64,000 bases of DNA from IMG/VR virus record IMGVR_UViG_3300019877_000058, positions 2,557 through 66,556 of that record, one strand, 5' to 3'. The notes below the pieces were generated by a model. That model was given only the letters and a program-made list of their open reading frames with translations, did not search any database and was not told the origin of the DNA. The translations under genes and the position numbers were made by a program. The stretch is from a virus. This document shows, piece after piece, positions 32,225 through 40,157 of the stretch (positions are counted from its first letter, which is position 1; each line of letters begins with the position of its first letter).

Positions 32225-32935
32225 ATGAACGAACCTGCCATCGCTGCTAAGGAATTCCTGCCCGCCGGTCTGAAGCCGTGGGTGTTTTTCGATTGCGAGA
32301 CCACCGGACTGCCGATGCGATCGAAGAAGGGCGAGCCGCCGATCCCGGCCGATCATCCAGGCCAGCCGCGGCTGGCGGCGCTGGCGATGGTGTGGGCGAC
32401 GCCATCGCTGGCAATCACTCAGAAGAAGCGCTGGTACGTCAAACCGGATGGCTGGAAGATGGAGCCAGGCGCGACCAAGGTGAACGGATTGACGGATCAG
32501 TTCCTGGACTCGAACGGCATACCGGTCGGTCACGTCCTCGACGTCTATGAGCGCGCGATCGCCGAGGGCCACATCTTCTGCGCCTTCAACGTCCAGTTCG
32601 ACGCCAAGATCATGCGCGGCGAGCTGCGGCGCGCCGGCCGGCCGGATCATATCGCGGACACGCCGACGGTCTGCGCGATGATGAGCTCCGCCGGCGTGGT
32701 GAAGGCGAAGACAGTCGATGGCCGGCCGAAGCCACCGAAGCTCGACGAGGCGATGCGGCATTTCAAGATCGATTGGGAGGGCACACCGCACACCGCGCCG
32801 GCGGACGCGATGGCCTGCCTGCGGATCACACGCTTCCTGTCGCAGATCGGCATCGATCTCACGCCCAGCGTCATCAGATCGAAACATCACGAGGAGCCAA
32901 TCGGCGACCCGCAAAGCGACGGCTTCGGTCGATGA
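32225..32935 (+). CDS. DEDDh 3'-5' exonuclease (DnaQ-like)
   Basis: FFDCETTGL; AFNVQFD; PKLDEA; HTAPADAMAC. Confidence 0.92.
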   Translation: MNEPAIAAKEFLPAGLKPWVFFDCETTGLPMRSKKGEPPIPADHPGQPRLAALAMVWATPSLAITQKKRWYVKPDGWKMEPGATKVNGLTDQFLDSNGIPVGHVLDVYERAIAEGHIFCAFNVQFDAKIMRGELRRAGRPDHIADTPTVCAMMSSAGVVKAKTVDGRPKPPKLDEAMRHFKIDWEGTPHTAPADAMACLRITRFLSQIGIDLTPSVIRSKHHEEPIGDPQSDGFGR

Positions 32936-33189
32936 AGCTCCCGATCCTCACCGGCTTCGCCAAGCGCAAGCTGACGCCGGTGCAGGCCCGCTTCGTGCTG
33001 GACTGCCTGACGGTGAGCTTTCAGATGCGGCGGGCGGACGGCTTCCAGCGGCGCCGCAAGGGGGTCTACCAGGAGCTCGCTGCCAAATTCAGCGTCAGCG
33101 TCTCCTGCATCAAGAAGATCGCGGAGCGGCAGAGCTGGCGCACGCTGCGGCTGACGCAGCTCTATGACATCAAGGAGCGATCACGATGA
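32932..33189 (+). CDS. HTH DNA-binding protein
   Basis: KLT..Q......YQELAAKFSVSVSCIKKIAERQSW (NUMOD1/HTH-like). Confidence 0.7.
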   Translation: MKLPILTGFAKRKLTPVQARFVLDCLTVSFQMRRADGFQRRRKGVYQELAAKFSVSVSCIKKIAERQSWRTLRLTQLYDIKERSR

Positions 33190-33374
33190 GCGAACTCAAA
33201 AAAGGCGACCGCGTCATCGTCGAGCTTGAGCCGAGCGGCAGATTCCGCGGCACCATCACCGGCGAGAGCCGAACCGGGGAAGCCTGGACAGTCCTTAAGG
33301 ATGGCACCAAATACCCGCGCGGCATCCATAAATCGTTTTGCCGCCGTGATCCGTGGGAGCCGCGTAATGATTGA
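33186..33374 (+). CDS. Small SH3/KOW-like protein
   Basis: LKKGDRVIV....RGTI. Confidence 0.65.
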   Translation: MSELKKGDRVIVELEPSGRFRGTITGESRTGEAWTVLKDGTKYPRGIHKSFCRRDPWEPRND

Positions 33375-33840
33375 GCTGAAGCGCCGCAGTGAAGCTGATC
33401 GCCTGCGCTGCGTCCTGCAGAAGATCGTCGATTTTCCGTTTCCATATGTCGGAGGAAACGCGGCTTATCAAATGCAGCTGATGGCGGGGGGCGCGCTCGC
33501 TCTCGCTGCCACGCCTGCGGCCGATATTCCGCCCTGCCCAAAGTGTCACGCTCCCTACCATTTGGAGGGCGCGGAACGCTACTGGGAAGCCAGATGGCGT
33601 GACGAGAAGGCGGAGAACGATCGACTTCGCGCCGCAGCCAACGCTTGTGCCCAATGTGCGCTGACGCCCGAGATGATCGAATTGCCGCGCTGGTGGATTG
33701 AGCGGGCGTGTGAACAGCTTTTCTCGTTCAAAGCCCTGCCATCAGGCCAATTGGGGGATTGGGCTTTTCTATTTCGCGAGATGTTGAAAGACATTCTGGA
33801 CAAGAAAAAGGCAGATGCCGCAACGGGAGGATGCCAATGA
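33367..33840 (+). CDS. Hypothetical mosaic protein
   Basis: 157 aa from ATG 33367. Confidence 0.5.
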   Translation: MIELKRRSEADRLRCVLQKIVDFPFPYVGGNAAYQMQLMAGGALALAATPAADIPPCPKCHAPYHLEGAERYWEARWRDEKAENDRLRAAANACAQCALTPEMIELPRWWIERACEQLFSFKALPSGQLGDWAFLFREMLKDILDKKKADAATGGCQ

Positions 33841-34235
33841 CTACTATTGTGACGTTCCCCGTCTTTCGTATCGACCGCGCCTCGGAAGAGCAGACTTTAA
33901 GCCCTCAGATGGAATTATTGAATCGCATCAGGTGGGCCATCGATGATTGCACCGATGACGATCATCCTGGCATAGCCGGCCTTCTCGAAGAAGCGAGAGT
34001 TGAAATTCTGCGGCTCTGCGCGCTCACATCGACACCGGGCGAGCCTGCCCAACGAACGCTGCCAGATCGCGAGCGCCTGGCTGAAATACTTTTTACGGCT
34101 GCGCACAAGGGGCTTCGCAACTGCTGGAAATGGAGCAATCCGGAGCTGGATCACGAGCATCCCACCAGTCGCGGCTACTGGTATAAAATCGCTGACGGCA
34201 CTCTGGCCACGCTCACATCGACAGATCGAACTTGA
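33837..34235 (+). CDS. Hypothetical protein
   Basis: 132 aa; ATGA overlap; lower GC. Confidence 0.55.
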   Translation: MTTIVTFPVFRIDRASEEQTLSPQMELLNRIRWAIDDCTDDDHPGIAGLLEEARVEILRLCALTSTPGEPAQRTLPDRERLAEILFTAAHKGLRNCWKWSNPELDHEHPTSRGYWYKIADGTLATLTSTDRT

Positions 34236-34424
34236 ACTTGTCTCGCATTGCGCAAACCGCTGCAGCGCAGTCGGTTTCGTAATTGCACGCCCGCTTTGGT
34301 TGTGACGCTCCCCTATACAGTTGAAACCAAATAGTTATCTCGCGCTGCGGCAATCGCTGCGGCGCAGGCACTTCTCTCGTTCAGTTAACGAGAAATCGGA
34401 AATCCCGAAAACTGGTTTGCTACA

Positions 34425-34760
34425 ATGTCCTCACGCGCACCGAGAGTGCGTGGGCTGTTTGAAACGATGGAGATGAAGATGTGCGAGAAGAGCGAAGCTT
34501 GGCACACGATCGAGGGTAAGCACTTCGGGCGGTGCATGTGGCAGCAGCGGTCGCCGAACCGCCGAGGGCTGATGGAGGGCCTGCTGCACATGGCGACCGG
34601 GAGGATCATGATCGTCGAAAAGATGTACGACGATCCGCTACCTTCGCAGAATAGCTCCAAGCCGTGGCCGGACCTGATCGGGGTCAATGTCTATGCGCCG
34701 GTCGATCCGAACAACATGACGTGGGACGGCCTCGACGCCGCTCTGGCCGACTACAAGTGA
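34425..34760 (+). CDS. Hypothetical protein (start may be 34467)
   Basis: Up to 111 aa; followed by a hairpin. Confidence 0.55.
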   Translation: MSSRAPRVRGLFETMEMKMCEKSEAWHTIEGKHFGRCMWQQRSPNRRGLMEGLLHMATGRIMIVEKMYDDPLPSQNSSKPWPDLIGVNVYAPVDPNNMTWDGLDAALADYK

Positions 34761-34763
34761 GAC

Positions 34764-35009
34764 CTACGCCCCGGAGTTACGGCTCCGGGGCCTGTTGCTG
34801 CTTCTAAAGTGACTGCGGACGCTCTCGCCGGTGAGTTGACGGTCGCGCCTGGCATCGTCATCCAGGATGCTGCCGATCATCTGGTCGGTACATGCCGCGC
34901 TGAGCAACCTGCGTATCAACGTCCCGTGCGAGATGCCGCGGATCCGAGCGCAGCTGCTGAAATAATTCTGCTGCTCCTCGTCGAGCGTGAAGCGAACAGT
35001 GACGTACAT
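34764..35009 (-). CDS. Ribbon-helix-helix-like DNA-binding protein
   Basis: YVTVRFTLDEE...A..RGISHGTLIRRLL; TGATG overlap. Confidence 0.65.
   Translation of the reverse strand: MYVTVRFTLDEEQQNYFSSCARIRGISHGTLIRRLLSAACTDQMIGSILDDDARRDRQLTGESVRSHFRSSNRPRSRNSGA
34768..34791. terminator. Hairpin at the convergence of early and late transcripts
   Basis: GCCCCGGAG/CTCCGGGGC 9-bp stem. Confidence 0.6.
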
Positions 35010-35398
35010 CAGGCGCCTCCGCCCTGCACGAAGCAGAAGACATAATCGGAGCGGCTGAGGAAGATGATGCCGTGGCCGGTCGGGTTCGAGCGGTCCCACT
35101 TCAGCTTGTTGGTGGGGATCTCGATCTCGGTGCCATTGTCGACGTGGCGCCGGCCGAGCGGTTCGTCAGGCCGGTCGTCGGTGATGACCGCGTAGTTCTT
35201 GCCGTTGTGAGTGCGTGTGTCGTCGGCCCAGTAGGAATCGGCCTCGCCGCAGCAGCTCGCGCTCGGATTGTCCGGCTGCATCAGCTCCTGGTACCACTTA
35301 CGGATCGCCGGGTCGGAGTTTGTCCATTGTCCGCTGTCGCGCGCTAGGACGCCCGTGCTTAGCGTGCTTAACAGCATGAACCACAGGAGCGCTTTCAT
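35009..35398 (-). CDS. Exported Cys-containing phage protein
   Basis: Signal peptide MKALLWFMLLSTLSTGVLA; SCCGEAD...NPTG..IIF...FCFVQGGG. Confidence 0.8.
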   Translation of the reverse strand: MKALLWFMLLSTLSTGVLARDSGQWTNSDPAIRKWYQELMQPDNPSASCCGEADSYWADDTRTHNGKNYAVITDDRPDEPLGRRHVDNGTEIEIPTNKLKWDRSNPTGHGIIFLSRSDYVFCFVQGGGA

Positions 35399-35510
35399 CG
35401 AGTCCCCTTCGCCACTTCCACCACTCCGTCACCGCGACCCCGATCGAAAGAATCGCAACTATAACGAGGACTGCGCAAGGCCAGAGCAGCCAGCGCAGGA
35501 GCGTCGTCAT
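35298..35510 (-). CDS. Small single-TM protein
   Basis: LLWPCAVLVIVAILSIGVAV; ATGA overlap with the upstream ORF, but 100-nt overlap with the downstream ORF. Confidence 0.45.
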   Translation of the reverse strand: MTTLLRWLLWPCAVLVIVAILSIGVAVTEWWKWRRGLDESAPVVHAVKHAKHGRPSARQRTMDKLRPGDP

Positions 35511-36109
35511 GGCGTGGTTGTATGATTACGCACCGCAGCCTCCATCGCCGCCAGCCTACGCCACAGCTGCTCACTGACACTGTCACGCTCCGACTTCCAA
35601 ATATTGAACTCGTTTCTCGACATCGCCGCTGTGGCGACGTTCGTGGCCTGCTGGTCGACGCGCTTGATTTCAGCCAGGAACTCCAGCCGCGAAGCTTGCA
35701 ACGATGCCTGAAGGTCGGCCTTGGTGGCGACCTCGATGCGTCGCCTCTCGGTCTCGGCCAGAGAGTCCCGCAGTGCCGATTTAAGCTCGTCGATTTCCTT
35801 TATCGCCGCGGTGAACCTGCGGTCGAGACTGTCGCTGTCGTGCCTATCAAGCCGCTCGGTCGTCTCCATGCCGAGCTTCAGCGCCTTATCCTGCTCGGCA
35901 GCATGCAGCAGAAGCTCTGTCCGCAACGTCACGAGATCCTTGTCTTTTTGAGACGAGATCTCATAGAGGTGGCGTTCGAGCGCGGTAAATTTCTCAATCA
36001 GGGGATTTGAGAATGTCGAAAACCACGCGCCGATGATGACGACGACTAGCAATCCGGCATTTAAGATCACACCCCAATTGGTGACCCTGGAATGGCCAGT
36101 CGTCGCCAT
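35507..36109 (-). CDS. N-terminal TM plus coiled-coil protein (i-spanin-like topology)
   Basis: WGVILNAGLLVVVIIGAWF then a long coiled coil; in the lysis region. Confidence 0.55.
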   Translation of the reverse strand: MATTGHSRVTNWGVILNAGLLVVVIIGAWFSTFSNPLIEKFTALERHLYEISSQKDKDLVTLRTELLLHAAEQDKALKLGMETTERLDRHDSDSLDRRFTAAIKEIDELKSALRDSLAETERRRIEVATKADLQASLQASRLEFLAEIKRVDQQATNVATAAMSRNEFNIWKSERDSVSEQLWRRLAAMEAAVRNHTTTP

Positions 36110-36125
36110 TTACCCCTCCACGGGG

Positions 36126-36818
36126 TTAATACTTGAAAGCCACCCCAACCCGGGCGCCATTACCCTCTTTCGCGCAACGACCGCCGGCTCCTGGACAGAT
36201 TGAGTTCGAATTCAACTGCCAGCCAGCCCAGGTGTCGACCACGACCCCATCGCTGAGTCGTGTCAACATGCCGACACCGAGCAGGGGAGCGATCAGCCAC
36301 TGCTTGTTCTGCACCAGGCCCAGCCGAGCCGAGATGTCCTGCTCCACCAGGCCGGCGAAGAAGTAGCCGTTGGCGGGGCCCGCGGTGACGCCATTGGGCA
36401 GTGCCGGCAGGCTCGGCAGCGAGATCGAGTTACCGAACGGATTGAACAGGCTGTTGATCGGGGAACCGCCACCTACGCGCTGGATCATCACCAGTGGGCC
36501 GCTGAGAGCGAAGCCGTTCGCTGAGCCGTTGACATTGTCCATGCCGACGGAGGTTTCAACGAACCAGAACCCGGCCGCGCCGAGCGGGCAGGTGTAACCG
36601 AGGATGGCGTCGAGCTCGCCCTGCACGATCCGCTCGCCGGGTACGCCGCCGTTCACAGCCGTGGCGCTGCCGCCGGTGCCGAGGCCGTAGTACATGCCGC
36701 ATCGCGTGGCCGGATAACCGCTGGCGACCCGCGCCTTGGTGGGCAACTGCGACAGATCCGCAGCAAACGCCGCACCGGCGCACAGCATCGCGCAGGCGAC
36801 TACAAGAAGCTTCTTCAT
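36126..36818 (-). CDS. Outer-membrane beta-barrel protein (rhizobial Omp25/RopB-like)
   Basis: Signal peptide MKKLLVVACAMLCAGAAFA then ADL...KA; alternating beta strands; C-terminal ARVGVAFKY BAM-type signal. Confidence 0.8.
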   Translation of the reverse strand: MKKLLVVACAMLCAGAAFAADLSQLPTKARVASGYPATRCGMYYGLGTGGSATAVNGGVPGERIVQGELDAILGYTCPLGAAGFWFVETSVGMDNVNGSANGFALSGPLVMIQRVGGGSPINSLFNPFGNSISLPSLPALPNGVTAGPANGYFFAGLVEQDISARLGLVQNKQWLIAPLLGVGMLTRLSDGVVVDTWAGWQLNSNSICPGAGGRCAKEGNGARVGVAFKY

Positions 36819-36847
36819 TTTCGGTACCCCCAAATTACACAGGCGAA

Positions 36848-37165
36848 TTATTTCGCTGCGGTGACGTTGTACGGCAGCTGAGAAGCGAGCTCAGCTTCCT
36901 GCTTCGGTAGCGTGATGGTTGGCCGTGGTCCGCCAGTCTCAGTCGGCTTGGAGGCCGAGAGTATGATGGAATGACGGCTGTTGGCGATGAGGCTCCAGAT
37001 CGCGACGATGAAGTAGGCGATCGGCGCGATGCAGGCCAGCGCCATCTGCTCGTAGCTGCCGGCGGCGGTGTTGGAGATGCCGAGTGCGGTGGCGACAGTG
37101 GCGAGCGCCGGGATCAGGATCCGCAGCTGCCCCATAACCTGGTCTTGAGACGGAATGTATGACAT
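36848..37165 (-). CDS. Holin-like 2-TM protein
   Basis: QLRILIPALATVATALG / LACIAPIAYFIVAIWSLI; next to the endolysin. Confidence 0.75.
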   Translation of the reverse strand: MSYIPSQDQVMGQLRILIPALATVATALGISNTAAGSYEQMALACIAPIAYFIVAIWSLIANSRHSIILSASKPTETGGPRPTITLPKQEAELASQLPYNVTAAK

Positions 37166-37192
37166 GCAGCCCCCTGAGGTTTCAAACCTGGG

Positions 37193-37414
37193 TTAGGGAC
37201 CGGAATCGCTTTTGTCAGCCGGGATCGAGCTCTCGATGATGTTTTGCGCCAGGGTGTGGGCTTTGAGCAACATCGCGAAGCCAGCCTCGAACCTTTTGAC
37301 CGCTTGCGCGGGGGCGGCACTCTGAGACAAGCCCATACACAGCACGCCGAAGATCAGGCTGAACCGCTCGTTGGTCGCGGCCTCGAGAGCCGCCGTGGCC
37401 TGTGCGCGCTTCAT
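37193..37414 (-). CDS. Hypothetical protein
   Basis: 73 aa; ATGA overlap with the endolysin. Confidence 0.6.
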   Translation of the reverse strand: MKRAQATAALEAATNERFSLIFGVLCMGLSQSAAPAQAVKRFEAGFAMLLKAHTLAQNIIESSIPADKSDSGP

Positions 37415-37938
37415 GTGACCGCCATCCGGTTGCAGACCTGCTCGACGTCGCGGACCCGATTGAGCCAGCCTTTGCCGTCATGCTTAAAGCCGGGCAGCTT
37501 GCGGTAGAACGCGGTCTTCCTGTCGGAGACCGCCGCGATCAGCCGGATCGGGTTGCAGTGCACGGCCGCATCGAGCGTGATCAGGCCAAAATGGCCGTCG
37601 TCGGCGACACCGAGCCCGCGCTGCAGCAGCAGCGTCGATTCATGCGGGCCCATATTCACGTTCATGTCGAACACCAGGTAATCGATGCCCGCCGGCATCG
37701 CCGGGCAATGCGGCATCCAGTATTGCGTGCGGTAGATCTCGGCGACCTCGGCATCGCTGGCGGTCCACACGTCCTGAAACGGTGCCCCGATCTGACGGCG
37801 ATAGACGTTGTATTCGCGCTGGGTGATGCCGCGCGAGGTGCGCCCGCCCGGATCTTGCGGATCGTCGTCGTTGCCGCCCTCTTCCTTCAAGGTGTAGGGC
37901 AGGCACAGGTGAAAGCGGTCGATAACGTCATCCATCAC
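37411..37938 (-). CDS. Endolysin, glycoside hydrolase family 108 with PG-binding domain
   Basis: EEGGNDDDPQDPGGRTSRGIT catalytic motif; FD..VN.G...ADDG.FG..T; GWLNRV. Confidence 0.95.
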   Translation of the reverse strand: MMDDVIDRFHLCLPYTLKEEGGNDDDPQDPGGRTSRGITQREYNVYRRQIGAPFQDVWTASDAEVAEIYRTQYWMPHCPAMPAGIDYLVFDMNVNMGPHESTLLLQRGLGVADDGHFGLITLDAAVHCNPIRLIAAVSDRKTAFYRKLPGFKHDGKGWLNRVRDVEQVCNRMAVT

Positions 37939-39038
37939 AGCACCCTCAGGATATAGTTGACGCCGATCGTCGGCTGCACTCTGGGGACCGCCGAGCCGCT
38001 GGTGTTGTTCGACGTGGCGCTGATCGAGTTGTTGCTGGTTATGGAATAGGTATTGAAGAAACCACCGGCAGAGGGACCGCTAACCCCGCCGGTGAGGGTC
38101 GGGCTTAGAAGGGAGCTGTCGAATTCGAAAGTGTTGCCGCCTGAGCCGGTCACAGCGATCGACTGCGAGCCGTTGGCGAAGGTGATGCCGGTCGAGATCT
38201 GAGCCAACGGCAAGGTCAGGGTTTCAGCGCCATTGGCGCAGACGGCGCCGACCGAGGTGAAGGCGGTACCGCAGCCGCCGGCTGCGTTCGTCATGATGCT
38301 GGCGGCAGAGCCGTTGAGATTGTCCAGTGCTGCCAGCGCGCGACCGCGCAGGTCGATGACCGGGAAATTCCCGGCCGAGCAACCGCCGACACCGGGTGAG
38401 CCCAGCGCGACCCAGTAGGCGCTGTAGGTGGTGGTCGACAGGCACTGCCCGGCCGGAAAGACGTAGTTGGCGCTGGGCAGCACCGTGCCGGTAAACGGCA
38501 TCATCGCGCCGAGCGGCAGCGCAAACGGATTGCCGTAAGAGTTGTGCAGGATCCAGCACCCACTCGAACTAAATTTTAGCGCATAGGGCGTCAGCGCCGT
38601 CATCACATTGGCCGGTACGGCAACGCCGAAATTGCTGCAAATTCCAAGAGATTGGCAGCCATCGACAGTGATCTGGGCGCTCGCCGCGTTGGCGACATGC
38701 GGCGTGATCGCAATCATCTGCCCGTCGGTCGGCACGGTCCCGGCGCCGCAGATACCGTTGCCGGCCGCAGCCTGGTTGGTGGTGACCGAGTAGGCGGACG
38801 AGCTGCCGGCGGTCAGCAACGATCCTGAAATATCATCCCGCCATTCAGCGGTGCGCGACATCATCGCACGCATGCTAGGCCCGACCGCCGACGGCGGCAT
38901 GCCGATCGCCCAGTTGACGCTCGGGTCGGCCGTGGTGTTCGTGGCCGGCGTCGCTGACCATTGCCACAGCGCCGCAGTGGCCGGGCCGGCGCTGGCGGCG
39001 AATGCGAGCAGCAGCAGATATCTGAACAGGCCCTTCAT
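37935..39038 (-). CDS. Tail-collar fibre paralog 3 with signal peptide
   Basis: MKGLFRYLLLLAFAASAGPATA|ALWQWS; collar motif PLGAMMPF...DLRGR; 8 Cys. Confidence 0.85.
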   Translation of the reverse strand: MKGLFRYLLLLAFAASAGPATAALWQWSATPATNTTADPSVNWAIGMPPSAVGPSMRAMMSRTAEWRDDISGSLLTAGSSSAYSVTTNQAAAGNGICGAGTVPTDGQMIAITPHVANAASAQITVDGCQSLGICSNFGVAVPANVMTALTPYALKFSSSGCWILHNSYGNPFALPLGAMMPFTGTVLPSANYVFPAGQCLSTTTYSAYWVALGSPGVGGCSAGNFPVIDLRGRALAALDNLNGSAASIMTNAAGGCGTAFTSVGAVCANGAETLTLPLAQISTGITFANGSQSIAVTGSGGNTFEFDSSLLSPTLTGGVSGPSAGGFFNTYSITSNNSISATSNNTSGSAVPRVQPTIGVNYILRVL

Positions 39039-40157
39039 CTAGATCACTCTCAAGAGATAGCTCACCGCGATGGTGGGCTGGACGTTGGGGTGCGCACTGC
39101 CGCTGGTGTTGTTGGACGTCATGCTAATCGAATTAGTGCCGCTAAAGGAGAAGGCATTGCCGGCAGCCTGCGACGGCGACGGAGTGGAGGTGCCGGAGCC
39201 GCCTTGATGGTTGCCTATTGTGCTGCCGCCAGTGAACATCGGGATATTGTTGGGGCCGGTTAACGTGATCGACTGGCTGCCGTTGGCGGCCACCATGCCG
39301 GTGGGCAGCTGCGCCAGCGTGAGCGTTTGGCTCTCGCCACCGCACTGATTCCCGATCGTATTGAAGACGACGCCGCATCCGGCCGCAGCAGAAGTCAACC
39401 GGCCAGCAAAGGTGCCATTGAGATTGTCGGACGCGATCGGCACCCGGCCACGCATATCGACCACGGCGAAGGTACCGGCACCGCAGCCGCCTGGCGCTGG
39501 CGAACCGAGCAGCGCCCAGTAGCCCGCATAGGTCGTGGTCGAAATGCACTGGCCGGCCGGCAGGATGAAATTGCTGTTCGGCACGCTATTGATGGTGGAC
39601 GGCATCATGCCGCCGAGCGGGATGCCGTAAGGGCTGCCAAAGAACTCGCGCAGCATCCAGGCGGTGTTGGCGACGGAATACTTCAGGCTGTAGGGCGAGC
39701 TTAAAACCAGGGTGCCGGCCGGTGCGGCGACGCCTGGAGCCGACTGGATCGGCCGCGCGGTACAGGTATCGACCGCCAGCGTGGCCGTCGCGCCATTGGT
39801 GGCATGCACCGTGATCGCGAGCAATTGACCGTCGGTCGGTACCGTGCCCGCGCCACAAATGCCATTAGCCGCGCCGCTACCAGCGCGCTGATTGGTGTTG
39901 GCGACGACGTAAGCGGTGGAAGTGCCGCTGGTGCCGACCGCGCCAGAAATGTCATCGCGATATTGCGCGACCGCGGCCATCATGGCGCGACCGCTAGGGT
40001 CGATCCCCGACGGTGACATGCCGGCAGTCCAATTGATCGCCGGATCGACGCTGCTGTTGGTGGCGGTGGTGCGTGACCACTGCCAGAACGCCGCCGGCGC
40101 CGAGGCCGAGCCGAGCGCGACCAGTAGGACGAGCGCGTATTTGAGCAGACCCTTCAT
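39039..40157 (-). CDS. Tail-collar fibre paralog 2 with signal peptide
   Basis: MKGLLKYALVLLVALGSASAPA|AFWQWS; PLGGMMP...DMRGR; 6 Cys. Confidence 0.85.
   Translation of the reverse strand: MKGLLKYALVLLVALGSASAPAAFWQWSRTTATNSSVDPAINWTAGMSPSGIDPSGRAMMAAVAQYRDDISGAVGTSGTSTAYVVANTNQRAGSGAANGICGAGTVPTDGQLLAITVHATNGATATLAVDTCTARPIQSAPGVAAPAGTLVLSSPYSLKYSVANTAWMLREFFGSPYGIPLGGMMPSTINSVPNSNFILPAGQCISTTTYAGYWALLGSPAPGGCGAGTFAVVDMRGRVPIASDNLNGTFAGRLTSAAAGCGVVFNTIGNQCGGESQTLTLAQLPTGMVAANGSQSITLTGPNNIPMFTGGSTIGNHQGGSGTSTPSPSQAAGNAFSFSGTNSISMTSNNTSGSAHPNVQPTIAVSYLLRVI

Noticed and set aside
30047-32935. ERF, YqaJ, NinB-like and DnaQ recombination cluster as a novelty
   Set aside because: It is a common lambdoid-type Red-like module; listed as features only
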